Positions 18,719 to 28,704 of a stretch of DNA of 64,000 nucleotides are shown here, one piece after another. Source of the DNA: Candidatus Hydrogenedentota bacterium. GTDB lineage: Bacteria > Hydrogenedentota > Hydrogenedentia > Hydrogenedentales > SLHB01. The stretch lies in contig BTWA01000014.1 in NCBI GenBank assembly GCA_045863295.1, forward strand, positions 84,879 to 148,878, given 5' to 3'. The number at the start of each line of letters is the position of its first letter. Within the stretch, counting starts at the first letter, position 1. The notes below the pieces were generated by a model that worked only from the letters and a program-made list of their open reading frames with translations, ran no database searches and had not been told where the DNA came from. Position numbers and translations under genes: made by a program.

Positions 18719-20887
18719 ATGCCGGTCCGTTTACTTTGGATTCCGTGTGTGCTGGGGCTACTGGCATTCTCCGCATACGGCGACATCCGCGTTCAGATGG
18801 ATGCCACATCACGGTTCGTCAACATTACCTACGACGTGCCGGCTAGCGCGCCGGACCTAGTCCAGGTATTTTGCAGTTGGGCGCCCGCCGCTACGGTTGA
18901 ATGGCGTCCGGCCAAGGTGATGCCTTATATCTCCGAATCGGCGTATAACCTGATCCCGGCCAACGACTGGTTGCAGTGGCGGGATGGCCGAATCGTTGAA
19001 CGGCGATCCGCCGGGCTGCAACGCACGGTCGTGTTTAATCCTTACCCGGAAGCGCAAATGGATGGCCGCTTGGATGTTGACTTCCGAATTGAGATTCGCG
19101 ATGAGGACGGAGCCCTGCTGTCCGAAGTCGTAACCCGCATTGCCGCGGACAACAGCGATGTGTACTACATCGAAGATTGGTCCAACGTGCTTCAAGCGGA
19201 TGCATTGACCGGCGAGGCGCCGCATTGGACATGGGATACGACGCTTCCTATCGAATCGGGCGCTTCATTGGGCAACGCACTCACAGGGAACGCCGGCCCG
19301 GATACTGCGATTCGCCAACTCACTTATCCGCTTGATTTGAAGGGGTGGTATGCGATCTACGTGTCGACCGTACCGGAGAAGGGATCCGTGCGTATCCGCC
19401 TGACGGGCGACGAACGATCCGACACCCTTGGTTCCCGTCATCGTGGCGAGGAAGTGCTGTGGCGTTGGGCAAAGATGGACCGCCAGCACCTCGTGTTGAG
19501 CCAGCCTCATCATTACACCGGCTACACGCCCGCCCATGTGGACTATGTGAAGTTGGTTCCCGTGACCGAAGCACAAGTCAAGGATTGGGATGCCCAATTT
19601 GGGTCACCGGACAAGGTTGTTGCGGGATACTTCGAACCCTATTCGTGGGCGTTTGTGGAAAACATTCAGCAAACTCTTCAGCACCGTGAACCGCTTACGG
19701 CGTTCCATGAGGCGCGATTCAACATCGTCGATATACAAATCGGCCGGTTCGGCATGAAATCCGTTTTCGAAACCCGGCAATCGGATCAGTTGCTCTATTC
19801 CACCATTGGCGATCCCATTGGCGATGTCGTACAGCCCACCACCGACAACGTGGGCCGCATGCAGCAATACACCAACACGCTCGATGCCGAATTGCGCTAT
19901 GCGCACGAGTTGCAACTCACGGCACACGCCAACTTCGGCGCGACCAACTGCTATCCAGGTTCTCCGCTGCAGGGCGATTTTTCGAAGCAGCACCCCGACT
20001 GGATGCGCGGCAGCGCCCTGCGCTATGAAATCCCCGAAGTCCGGGCCTACGTTCTTGCCTTGTACCGCGAGGCCCTCGACATCGGCGCCCCGGCCATCTC
20101 CATTGATTTTTGCCGTTACCCCGAAGGTATCGATACGAAGGAAACCTGCACTGCTTTCTTGCGCGAGCTACGAGCTTTGGCGAGTGAATTTGCCGCCGCC
20201 CGCGGCGAGCCCGTCCCTATTCTGATTCGCTTTCCGGGAACCGGCGTACGCAAGGCGGAACTCTTCGATTACGTTACGTGGGCACGTGAGGGGCTTGTCG
20301 ATTACCTGTGCCCTAGCAATATTCAAGGGCGCCATTGCCACATCGATATGACGCCCTACATGACCGCTGTTCGGGGGACAACCTGCACCTTGTTGCCGGC
20401 GCTTGACGGACTCTGGTGGGCACTTCCATTTCCGGGGCCATTCTTGTGGCGCGTTAAGCAGTTGTATGATTCGGAAGTTACCGGTGTCTATCTTTATCAG
20501 GCGGACGCTCGTGTATTGGGCACTCCGGGAGATCGCCGTACCATGCGACTGTTGGCAAGTCGCGCCGCCGTCGACCGATTCTGGAATGAAGACGCCGCGC
20601 AGAGGCCGAATCGCAGCAAGGGCATTTACATCACGCCCCCAAGCGAACTCGGCGTGCACCACCCGTGGGAACGTATCCGCATCTGGGTCGAAGGCGTGCC
20701 GATGGGGCCGCTGGAGGCCTACATTGACGGGAATCAGGTTACCTCGGTAGACGGCCCGCCCTACCTCGTGGGCACGGAAGAGTACACCTCCGACGGGGTC
20801 ATTCCCTCGGGTGAGCATGAATTGCGAATCCGCGTGCGGGACGGCGAAGGCTGGCTCGAGCAAGCGTTTGCGGTCAAAGGCGAATGA
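18719..20887 (+). CDS. secreted glycoside-hydrolase-like protein (GHL10/DUF187-like TIM barrel with flanking beta domains)
   Basis: Signal peptide from ATG 18719; FSKQHPDW, LRYEIPEVR, ISIDFCRYP and DYVTWAREGLVDYLCP resemble GHL10-type barrels. Confidence 0.65.
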   Translation: MPVRLLWIPCVLGLLAFSAYGDIRVQMDATSRFVNITYDVPASAPDLVQVFCSWAPAATVEWRPAKVMPYISESAYNLIPANDWLQWRDGRIVERRSAGLQRTVVFNPYPEAQMDGRLDVDFRIEIRDEDGALLSEVVTRIAADNSDVYYIEDWSNVLQADALTGEAPHWTWDTTLPIESGASLGNALTGNAGPDTAIRQLTYPLDLKGWYAIYVSTVPEKGSVRIRLTGDERSDTLGSRHRGEEVLWRWAKMDRQHLVLSQPHHYTGYTPAHVDYVKLVPVTEAQVKDWDAQFGSPDKVVAGYFEPYSWAFVENIQQTLQHREPLTAFHEARFNIVDIQIGRFGMKSVFETRQSDQLLYSTIGDPIGDVVQPTTDNVGRMQQYTNTLDAELRYAHELQLTAHANFGATNCYPGSPLQGDFSKQHPDWMRGSALRYEIPEVRAYVLALYREALDIGAPAISIDFCRYPEGIDTKETCTAFLRELRALASEFAAARGEPVPILIRFPGTGVRKAELFDYVTWAREGLVDYLCPSNIQGRHCHIDMTPYMTAVRGTTCTLLPALDGLWWALPFPGPFLWRVKQLYDSEVTGVYLYQADARVLGTPGDRRTMRLLASRAAVDRFWNEDAAQRPNRSKGIYITPPSELGVHHPWERIRIWVEGVPMGPLEAYIDGNQVTSVDGPPYLVGTEEYTSDGVIPSGEHELRIRVRDGEGWLEQAFAVKGE

Positions 20888-20893
20888 TTTCTG

Positions 20894-22051
20894 TTAGTCA
20901 ATGAGCCCCATGCTCGCCTTAATTCCGAGATCGATCGTAACCAGCTCTTGCGGTGCGTTTTCGTCGGGGTTCAGTTGTGCCGGATCGCCGCCTTCTACCT
21001 CATTCAGCAAACCTGAAAATGCTTCGACCAACGATGCTACAGGGCTAAAGTTTTGTCCCAACTCCATCTTGAATCCCATGTCCATGTCGGCACGCACCAC
21101 ATGCCCGGTTTCCACGTCGAAATAGACCATGTTCTGGCCCGTCAGATTGAATTCGGGCATGCTCAGTCCCATGGCTTCGCCCAATTGACTTGATGGCATG
21201 GATATCTTGCCGTCTTTGTCCGCCGCGGAGATTGTCTGCTGTATTACCCCGCACCGGCGGCCGTAAAGGTCCTGATACCCGACGAGCACATTGTGCGCTT
21301 GCGCGGGCACCAAAGCTTCGATGCCGGGCACCGGCAACGAGAAATCGCTTGTCCACTCGGTCTGTACTGGAATCTCGTCGTCCTTGAATCGCACGGGGGA
21401 TACAAACGCGGACGACGAGAGGAGTTGGTCAAATCCCTGAGGACCCCGCACGTCCATCACGCGCCCGTCCGGCGCCACAATGGTGTGAATGGTCTGCGAA
21501 AGGAATTCCAGTTGTGGCACGCCTTTCAGCGAATCGCCGCGGGAAGTGTCCAACTGCGTAGTGCCGTCGAGCGAAAACGAGGCATTTGATCCCGATTGCC
21601 GGAAATCCACCGGTCCGCCCATGAACATGCCCTGCAATTGCGCGCTTTCGAACGAGATGTCGACGGAACCGTTGCCGGACGAATCCACCGATTGCGTGGA
21701 TACATTCATCACGGCCGCGAAATTCGCATCCACTGGCGAACTGTCGCCGAGTTGCAGGCCCGTGCCGTCAAGCTCCGCGTTGATGGCATACCTTAGCGTT
21801 TCGCCCGGTTTGAACTTGTACGAAAAAGGTCCGGAAGGATTGTGGGCCGCCGGCGCCATCGAAGGCGGCTCCGGTTTCTTGAAGATGAGATCTGCCTCCG
21901 CCGCCTCGTTCGGCGACATCGGCGGGGGAGAGGGGGTCTCGCCGCGCGGCACGATGTCGTAATTCTTCATAAACCACATGCCACCCGCCAGCCCGACTCC
22001 AACGCATACCAGCATACCGGCGATTTGGCCCGCGATCATGGATGGCTTCAT
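20894..22051 (-). CDS. hypothetical membrane-anchored protein, beta-rich extracytoplasmic domain (DUF6263-like)
   Basis: 385-aa ORF with AAGGA RBS, N-terminal TM segment and Pro-rich linker; YKFKPGETLRY and YFDVETG motifs. Confidence 0.7.
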   Translation of the reverse strand: MKPSMIAGQIAGMLVCVGVGLAGGMWFMKNYDIVPRGETPSPPPMSPNEAAEADLIFKKPEPPSMAPAAHNPSGPFSYKFKPGETLRYAINAELDGTGLQLGDSSPVDANFAAVMNVSTQSVDSSGNGSVDISFESAQLQGMFMGGPVDFRQSGSNASFSLDGTTQLDTSRGDSLKGVPQLEFLSQTIHTIVAPDGRVMDVRGPQGFDQLLSSSAFVSPVRFKDDEIPVQTEWTSDFSLPVPGIEALVPAQAHNVLVGYQDLYGRRCGVIQQTISAADKDGKISMPSSQLGEAMGLSMPEFNLTGQNMVYFDVETGHVVRADMDMGFKMELGQNFSPVASLVEAFSGLLNEVEGGDPAQLNPDENAPQELVTIDLGIKASMGLID

Positions 22052-22099
22052 GGTTATTCCTTAAGTCGCGTCTGACGATTCGCTGCCCATTCGAGCAGC

Positions 22100-22627
22100 T
22101 CACTTGCACATCGTAGTCGAAGCCGACGGCCCAGACGCATCTCCATCCTGCAGCGCGTCATACTCTGATTTCAATCGCTGCAAACGATTCCGAGCCGCGC
22201 GCGGTCCGTATGCCAGGGTGAGCAAGATACCCATTGGAATAAGAGGCGCGTACCAGAGAGTTTGAATGTACTCATTAAACTTCTCTGCGTTACCATGCCT
22301 CCACAAACAAACGGCCATGCAAATCAATGCTACGAACGATACAAGGCAACACCCGGTTACTACCCATTCCGTCCGTCCCCAAGTTGTCAACCGGACCAGG
22401 GTCTTTGCAACGGCAATTTCATTTTCCAGCCGCTGCCTGGCCAGCGGAAATCCCTCGCGTCTCGCCGCCACGCAAAGTCCCGGCACGGAAGGAACAAGTG
22501 TGCCGTCAATAGAGTCTAGATGCTGCGTCCCGCAGTACCGGCACATTACCGAATTCCGCCACCCGTACAGCCTGATAAGGTCACCGCAAACCTGACATTT
22601 CGAATTTGTCCACACTGCATGGAACAT
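22100..22627 (-). CDS. hypothetical zinc-ribbon membrane protein
   Basis: CQVC...CRYC pair, two TM segments, short coiled coil; fills the gap downstream of the rpsI terminator. Confidence 0.55.
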   Translation of the reverse strand: MFHAVWTNSKCQVCGDLIRLYGWRNSVMCRYCGTQHLDSIDGTLVPSVPGLCVAARREGFPLARQRLENEIAVAKTLVRLTTWGRTEWVVTGCCLVSFVALICMAVCLWRHGNAEKFNEYIQTLWYAPLIPMGILLTLAYGPRAARNRLQRLKSEYDALQDGDASGPSASTTMCK

Positions 22628-22692
22628 GAGTAGTGGCCTCAGACCCCCGTATGCCTCTCCCTGAAATCATACAGTGGATCAATGAGGCAAAC

Positions 22693-22731
22693 AAAAAAAC
22701 CGCCCTGCCCCATAGTGGGAGCAAGGCGGTT
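22693..22731 (-). terminator. rho-independent terminator of rplM-rpsI
   Basis: Minus strand reads AACCGCCTTGCTCCCACTATGGGGCAGGGCGGTTTTTTT: a GC stem plus U tract about 20 nt after the rpsI stop. Confidence 0.85.
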
Positions 22732-22750
22732 GGGAAAGCTGTTTTTCGGC

Positions 22751-23140
22751 TTACCGCTTCGAGAACTGGAAGCGCTTTCTCGCGCCGGGTTGGCCGTACT
22801 TTTTGCGTTCCACCTCGCGGGCGTCTCGGGTGAGCAGCTTGGCCCGGCGGAGCGGGGTCACGTATTTCGGGTCCATTTCGACCAGTGCCCGGGCAATGCC
22901 CAAGCGCAATGCGCCGGCCTGACCGGCCTTGCCGCCGCCATCGCAACGGGCGAATACATCCAGCTTGTCGCCGTTTTCGGTAACATCGAGCGGCTGACGC
23001 GCCACCATGACCAAGGTCTCACGGGTCAAGTATTCGTCCACCGGCAGGCCGTTCACCTTTATGACGCCCGTTCCGGGCTTCAACCGCACGCGTGCGGAGG
23101 AGGTTTTGCGTCGGCCGATTGCGGTAATGTCTTTGCTCAC
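22751..23140 (-). CDS. rpsI: 30S ribosomal protein S9
   Basis: [20 protein letters not shown] and C-terminal [19 protein letters not shown]. Confidence 0.99.
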   Translation of the reverse strand: MSKDITAIGRRKTSSARVRLKPGTGVIKVNGLPVDEYLTRETLVMVARQPLDVTENGDKLDVFARCDGGGKAGQAGALRLGIARALVEMDPKYVTPLRRAKLLTRDAREVERKKYGQPGARKRFQFSKR

Positions 23141-23158
23141 GTCACGTTATTCCTTGTT

Positions 23159-23593
23159 TCAGCCGTTAAATTCGTAAGTGCGCGCGCCTTGAGCCACATG
23201 CGGATGTTCGCCGCCCGCATACACTCTCAAGTGCTTTAACAACTTGTGGCCCATCTTGTTCTTCGGCAACATGCCTTTCACCGCCAGCATCATGGCGCGG
23301 GTCGGGTATTTCTGCATGACTTCGTTGTAGGTCAACTCGCGCAAACCACCGGGATACTGGGAGTGGTGATAATAGATTTTTTCCGTTCCCTTGCTTCCCG
23401 TCACGCGGGCCTTGTCGGCGTTGACGATGATCACGTGATCGCCACAATCCATGTGGGGGGTGAACTGAGGCTTGTGTTTGCCGCGCAACAACTTAGCGGC
23501 CTCGGCAGCCACCCGGCCCAGGATTTGATCCTCGGCGTCGATGACCAACCATTCTTTCTTGACTTCCCCCTCTTTGGGGACGTAGGTCTTCAC
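23159..23593 (-). CDS. rplM: 50S ribosomal protein L13
   Basis: GTG start with GGAGGAG RBS; WLVIDA, LGRVA, LRGKHKPQFTPH and VKGMLPKN motifs. Confidence 0.99.
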   Translation of the reverse strand: MKTYVPKEGEVKKEWLVIDAEDQILGRVAAEAAKLLRGKHKPQFTPHMDCGDHVIIVNADKARVTGSKGTEKIYYHHSQYPGGLRELTYNEVMQKYPTRAMMLAVKGMLPKNKMGHKLLKHLRVYAGGEHPHVAQGARTYEFNG

Positions 23594-23663
23594 CTTCAAA
23601 CTCCTCCAGAACCCCCTGCGTTCAGGCGCAATTAGGGCGTATTTGCTTCCAAAGCGAAGCGAG

Positions 23664-23692
23664 AGACTACCAAACAGAAACACTAAAGTCAA
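23664..23692 (-). promoter_or_regulatory. sigma70-type promoter of rplM-rpsI
   Basis: Minus strand TTGACT-N17-TAGTCT with a TGn extension, about 70 nt upstream of rplM. Confidence 0.7.
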
Positions 23693-23803
23693 GCTTGCCA
23701 ACGAAACTGGCCGTCCGGAATGGAACTTTGGGAGGCCGGTGTTCCTGCTGCACCGGATTCCCCCATAACTTGAATTGGGACCTTATCCCCCGTGGAGGCT
23801 TGT

Positions 23804-24286
23804 ATGGTCACTGTCCTTGTCGCGATCCATGTCGTCATTAGTCTGGTCGCACTGGCATTGGGGGTGCCTTGGCTTTATGGAATGATTGTTTCCCAGCGGC
23901 GAGACAGGCTTACCTTTTGGTTTTTGGCCACCACCTTGGGCACCAGCCTTTCCGGATTCATTTTGCCGGCCGACAGGATTTTGCCCTCCCACATTGTCGG
24001 TCTTATTTCGGTCGTTGTGATTGCGGTTGCATACTTCGCGTGGTACGTTCGCAAGTCCTCTGGATTCTGGCGCCCTATCTTTGTCATCACCGCCGTGTTT
24101 GCTTTTTATCTGAATGCTTTTGTGTTTGTCGTGCAGGCGTTTCTCAAAGTGCCTGTTCTCAAGGCATTGGCTCCGACGCAGTCCGAACCGCCATTTTTAG
24201 TGGCGCAGCTTGTGGTGCTGGTGGTGTTTCTTGGAGTTGGTACGATCGCGTGCATCCGGTTCCGGCCCGTGGCGGCCGCTGTCTGA
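23804..24286 (+). CDS. conserved hypothetical integral membrane protein
   Basis: GGAGG RBS; five hydrophobic helices; HVVISL, YLNAFV and APTQSEPPF segments. Confidence 0.8.
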   Translation: MVTVLVAIHVVISLVALALGVPWLYGMIVSQRRDRLTFWFLATTLGTSLSGFILPADRILPSHIVGLISVVVIAVAYFAWYVRKSSGFWRPIFVITAVFAFYLNAFVFVVQAFLKVPVLKALAPTQSEPPFLVAQLVVLVVFLGVGTIACIRFRPVAAAV

Positions 24287-24298
24287 TACTCCCACCAC

Positions 24299-25870
24299 TC
24301 AAATTGTTCGTACGATTTCCACCTTGTATCTTGCGGCCAAGGCGTAGACGTCGGGGCGCCGGTCCCGGAGCGGGCGCACGGAGCCGGTTTCGCGATGTTG
24401 CGCCAGAGAGCCCAGGTCGAGATCGGTAATGACCGTGGTTTCCAGATTGGGCTCGGCTTCCCCGGCAATCGCGCCGGGGGGATAGGCAAAGTCGCTGGGG
24501 GTGAAGACGGCCGCCTGTCCGTAGTTGATTAAGAAGCTGCGTACTTGGGGCAGGTTGCCGACATTGCCCGTAATGACGGTGTACAGCCAATTTTCCACCG
24601 CACGCGCCTGTGCGCAATAGCGCACGCGGTGATAGGCCTTTTGATCGTCCGTGGTGAACGGGACAAAGATGACTTCCGCGCCGGCCAACGTCAGGAGGCG
24701 TGACGTTTCCGGAAACTCAATGTCGTAGCAGATCTGAATTGCAATGCGGCCGTACTCCGTCTCGAATACGCGCAGTCCTTCGCCGGGATTAATGCCCCAA
24801 TCTTTTCTTTCGCTCGGAGTGATGTGAAGCTTGTCCTGAGTGTACACGTTGCCGTTCGGCGAGAACAGATGGGCCACGTTGTACAGCTTTCCATCGGTCA
24901 GGACTGGATGCGATCCGCCGATGATGTAGATGCCGTGGGTCTTGGCGAATTCCTGAAACATTTCGATGTAGCGGTCCGTATAATCCGCGAGATCGCGCAT
25001 GGCGGATTTGCTGTCCAGGTTTGGGTCCATGATGCTGATCAGTTGAATCGTGAACAGCTCAGGAAAGACCAGGAAGTGGCAATCGTATTCGTCGGCGGTG
25101 TGCACGAAGAACTCGACCTGGCGCTCGAATTCGTCCCACGAGCGGATACTGCGCATCATGAATTGCGCCGCGCACACCCGGATGCGGCGGACGGGCCGTT
25201 GTATGGGCGATGCGGCAATGCGGCGCCGTTCGGGCCGAAAGAGCGGGTTGGCCAATTCCAAGTGCGTGGCGTAGTTTAGGCTGGCCTCGTCGCTCAAATA
25301 GTCAAAGAACACGCCCTTTATCTGGTAGCCGGCCTTCAAATGCGCGTTCAGCGCCGCATCCTTCAATTCCCCGTCGATTACTTTGTCGACATATTCGTCG
25401 GGCGTCATCTGTCCGGCGTAGTCGCGGTAACCGGGGATCCGGCCGCCGGCCACCATCCTTCTCAGGTTGAACCGCTTCAAAATGGATTTCCTGGCTTCGT
25501 ACAGTTTTCCGGCAATGCCCTGTCCACGGTAGTCGGGGCGGACGCACATTTCTGCGCCGTAGAGGGTGTCGCCGCTGGGGTCATGCGTATTGAAGGTGCC
25601 GCTGCCTGTGATTTCGGCGTACGAATGCCATGGCGACGAATCATCCAGCGTTACGATGAGGGAGGCGGCAAACCCGACTACCTTGCCCTCATGTTCGGCC
25701 AGGAACTGGCCCTCGGGAAAGGCGGCCAGTTGCATACTGAAGTGGCGTTCATTGCACATTTCGTGCTTGGGCATGTCGGCGTAGGCGGCCGCCTGACAAT
25801 CGATAAGGCCGGGGATGTCCTCCTCGCGCCATGGTCGAATCTTGACGGATGGTTTTTTCTTCGGTGCCAT
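24299..25870 (-). CDS. bifunctional GNAT N-acetyltransferase / carbon-nitrogen hydrolase (YhcX-like)
   Basis: N-terminal FPEGQF, GDTLYGAE, VRPDYRGQGIA and GGRIPGY motifs; C-terminal nitrilase triad FPE, QDKLH and ICYDIEFPE. Confidence 0.93.
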   Translation of the reverse strand: MAPKKKPSVKIRPWREEDIPGLIDCQAAAYADMPKHEMCNERHFSMQLAAFPEGQFLAEHEGKVVGFAASLIVTLDDSSPWHSYAEITGSGTFNTHDPSGDTLYGAEMCVRPDYRGQGIAGKLYEARKSILKRFNLRRMVAGGRIPGYRDYAGQMTPDEYVDKVIDGELKDAALNAHLKAGYQIKGVFFDYLSDEASLNYATHLELANPLFRPERRRIAASPIQRPVRRIRVCAAQFMMRSIRSWDEFERQVEFFVHTADEYDCHFLVFPELFTIQLISIMDPNLDSKSAMRDLADYTDRYIEMFQEFAKTHGIYIIGGSHPVLTDGKLYNVAHLFSPNGNVYTQDKLHITPSERKDWGINPGEGLRVFETEYGRIAIQICYDIEFPETSRLLTLAGAEVIFVPFTTDDQKAYHRVRYCAQARAVENWLYTVITGNVGNLPQVRSFLINYGQAAVFTPSDFAYPPGAIAGEAEPNLETTVITDLDLGSLAQHRETGSVRPLRDRRPDVYALAARYKVEIVRTI

Positions 25871-26001
25871 GGTGTATGGAATCCCTCCCGACTATAGGGC
25901 CGGGGTGTTGCAGTGGAGGAATTCCAGGTAGTATAACCGCTGCAATCGCTTGGACGCCAACCCATGTACGGCGCGTCAGGCAACTCCTGGGAGCGGATAC
26001 C

Positions 26002-26862
26002 GTGTTGCACTTGATTCTACTCGCGTCTGCGTTCTCACAGCCCGAACCGGCCGCGACGGCGCAGCCTGTGACGCTGGCGCTTATGCACGGCGTGCCTGTG
26101 AAATGGGATCTGGAAGCCAATTTCAAGACCTTTCTCGCGCAACTTGATGACGACGATGTCAAAGGCGCGGATGTGTTCATCACCCCCGAATGCTGGCTGG
26201 ACGGGTACGCCGCGCCCGACCCTGAATCGACGCCCGAGCGGTTGCGGACCGTGGCCCAGGACTTGGATACAAGTGACTATTTGAAGCGCGTATCCGGAGA
26301 GGCCAAGTCGCGAGGCCTTTATATCTGCTTTGGATTTACTTCGATCGAGGACGGAGCGATTTTTAATACCTCCGGTCTGTGGAATCCCGATGGCGAGTTG
26401 GTGGGTGTGTATCACAAGACTCACATTCAGACCCACGACAAGCAATACAGCCTGGGACAAGGCATTCCCGTGTGGGAGAGCAAGTGGGGCCCATTGGGCA
26501 TGATGATTTGCGCGGATCGCCGCTGGCCGGAAACCGTTCGCACCCTGCGGCTGAAGGGTGCGAGGCTTATCCTTAATCCTACGTATGGTTTTCACGGAGA
26601 CATGAACACGGCGATCATGCGAACGCGTTCGTTTGAGAACCAGTGCTTCATCGCGTTCACGCACCCGCAAGAGAGTTTGGTCACTGGTCCGAAGGGTCAG
26701 GTCATCCTGCAGTGGGTTGGCGAAGGCGAAGCCGGCGTGGAGGCCTGCACCATCGACCTTGCCGAAGCCAGGGACAACAACCACCTGGAAGACCGGCGCC
26801 CGGAATTGTACGGGGTGATCGCGGAGGGGAGCGGAGAACAATCGCGGGGCGGAGAGGAATAG
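26002..26862 (+). CDS. carbon-nitrogen hydrolase family protein with probable signal peptide
   Basis: ITPE, YHKTH and ICADRRWPE triad; C-terminal DRRPELY; GTG at 26002 with GGAG RBS. Confidence 0.88.
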   Translation: MLHLILLASAFSQPEPAATAQPVTLALMHGVPVKWDLEANFKTFLAQLDDDDVKGADVFITPECWLDGYAAPDPESTPERLRTVAQDLDTSDYLKRVSGEAKSRGLYICFGFTSIEDGAIFNTSGLWNPDGELVGVYHKTHIQTHDKQYSLGQGIPVWESKWGPLGMMICADRRWPETVRTLRLKGARLILNPTYGFHGDMNTAIMRTRSFENQCFIAFTHPQESLVTGPKGQVILQWVGEGEAGVEACTIDLAEARDNNHLEDRRPELYGVIAEGSGEQSRGGEE

Positions 26863-26864
26863 GC

Positions 26865-27254
26865 ATGAAGTGTTTCTATCACGAAACACACGACGCGGTC
26901 GGCGTGTGCAAGGCGTGCGGCAAAGGTATCTGCAAAGAATGCGCCATCGATTTGGATCGCGGTCTTGCCTGCAAAGATGGTTGCGAGGACTTTGTGCAAG
27001 AACTGATTCAGATGAATGAACAGAATGTTCGCATGCGCAACGCATATGCGGTGACCATGGAAACCTACGTAACCAATCACTACTTGCGCGCATTTTTTTC
27101 GATGGCCTTTGGCGGTCTGATCATAGCCGCTGGCTTTCTGGACCACAGAGTTGCTCTTTTTACCACTCTTACTGGATTCTTCTTCATGTTCTTGGGCTTG
27201 TATTTGGTGCGTCGGGCGGCAAAATTCAGAATCAAGCCACCAGAGCCTCGGTGA
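26865..27254 (+). CDS. B-box-like zinc-finger membrane protein
   Basis: MKCFYH...CKACGKGICKEC...C...C followed by two TM helices; GAGGA RBS. Confidence 0.8.
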   Translation: MKCFYHETHDAVGVCKACGKGICKECAIDLDRGLACKDGCEDFVQELIQMNEQNVRMRNAYAVTMETYVTNHYLRAFFSMAFGGLIIAAGFLDHRVALFTTLTGFFFMFLGLYLVRRAAKFRIKPPEPR

Positions 27255-27317
27255 AAGATCGACAACGTTAACTTCAAACGGTGAATCACGGTTCAGCGGC
27301 GGAAAGGAGCCGTCTTT

Positions 27318-28589
27318 ATGTACATTCGATTGAGCCGACGGGGGTTTTTGAATAGTGGGGTTGTGGGGGCGGCGGCTTTATGGGCCTCGCGCAAGGTTGA
27401 GGCGCAGCCGTCCGACCGCGTTGTTGTGGGCGTGATGGGGTTGTCGCGGGGGTTGGCGGTGGCGTCGAGTTTTGCGAAGCAGGAGGGGGTGGAGGTCCGG
27501 TATCTTTGCGACACGGATTCGAATCGCGCGGCGAATGCGGTGGATGCGATATCCAAGATTGGGGCGAACACGCCTCAGGCTGTAGCGGACTTCCGGCGCA
27601 TACTGGATGACCCGGAAGTGGATGTGCTGGTGTGTGCGGCACCGAATCACTGGCATGCGCCGGCGACGATTCTGGCGTTGAACGCGGGCAAGCATGTGTA
27701 TGTCGAGAAGCCGTGCAGCCACAATCCGCGCGAGGCGGAGCTGATGGTGGAAGCGGCTACGAAATATGGCAAGGCGGTGCAGGTAGGCACGCAACGGCGG
27801 AGCAGTCCTTCGATTCGCGCGGCCATCGAGCGGATGAAGGCGGGGGAGATAGGCCGGGTGTACTCGTCGCGCGCGGTGTATGCCGCGAATCGGGGTACGA
27901 TTGGTATTGGGAAGCCCGAGCCGGTGCCGGCGGAGCTTGATTATGAACTCTGGCAGGGGCCTGCTCCGCGCCGGCCGTACCTGGACAACCGGGTACCCTA
28001 CAACTGGCACTGGTTCTGGCATTGGGGCAACGGGGAACTGGGGAATAACGGCGTTCACACGCTGGACCTGTGCCGTTGGGGGCTGGGGGTGGATTTTCCG
28101 GTAAGAGTGACGTCCATCGGAGGGCGGTATTGCTTCGATGACGATCAGGAAACTCCCGATACGCACAGCGTTGGGTTCGAGTTCGAGGGGGAGAAGCTCA
28201 TTACCTGGCAGGGGCACAGCTGCAACCCCAACGGGGACGATTTTGTGAATTTCTACGGCGAAAAAGGGACGCTCAAGCTGGCTGGCGGCGGGGATTACGC
28301 CTTTTACGACATGGATAACAAGGAGACTTCCAGCGAGAATGGGACGTTGGGTGAAATTGAGCATGTGACGGATTTTCTCGCGGCGATTCGTGACAACCAG
28401 GTGACGCGTCTACACTGCGGGATTCACGAGGCGTATCCCAGCACGGTGTTGTGCCATCTCGGGAATATTGCCCAGCGGGTGGGCCGGTCCCTTCAGTGCC
28501 ATGGGGGCGACGGGCATATTCAGAACGATGCCGAAGCCATGGGGCTTTGGAGTAGGGAATATGAACCGGGCTGGGAGCCAAAAGTGTAG
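27318..28589 (+). CDS. Tat-exported Gfo/Idh/MocA oxidoreductase
   Basis: LSRRGFL twin-arginine signal; APNHWHA, GKHVYVEKP, QVGTQRRS and GVHTLD motifs. Confidence 0.95.
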   Translation: MYIRLSRRGFLNSGVVGAAALWASRKVEAQPSDRVVVGVMGLSRGLAVASSFAKQEGVEVRYLCDTDSNRAANAVDAISKIGANTPQAVADFRRILDDPEVDVLVCAAPNHWHAPATILALNAGKHVYVEKPCSHNPREAELMVEAATKYGKAVQVGTQRRSSPSIRAAIERMKAGEIGRVYSSRAVYAANRGTIGIGKPEPVPAELDYELWQGPAPRRPYLDNRVPYNWHWFWHWGNGELGNNGVHTLDLCRWGLGVDFPVRVTSIGGRYCFDDDQETPDTHSVGFEFEGEKLITWQGHSCNPNGDDFVNFYGEKGTLKLAGGGDYAFYDMDNKETSSENGTLGEIEHVTDFLAAIRDNQVTRLHCGIHEAYPSTVLCHLGNIAQRVGRSLQCHGGDGHIQNDAEAMGLWSREYEPGWEPKV

Positions 28590-28704
28590 TACAGGCTGGG
28601 GGTTGGAAAACCGGGGGGTGCTGTTGTAAACTGTTGACCCATAAGGTACAGACAGTGGGGTCAAGCGCACCAGGCGCGATGCGGACGCAAAGGGTAAGAC
28701 CATC

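Noticed and set aside
28634..28664. TTGACCC-N17-GGGTCAA inverted repeat and a nearby GACGCAAAG
   Set aside because: Short, single occurrence; the rest of a riboswitch or operator pattern is missing.
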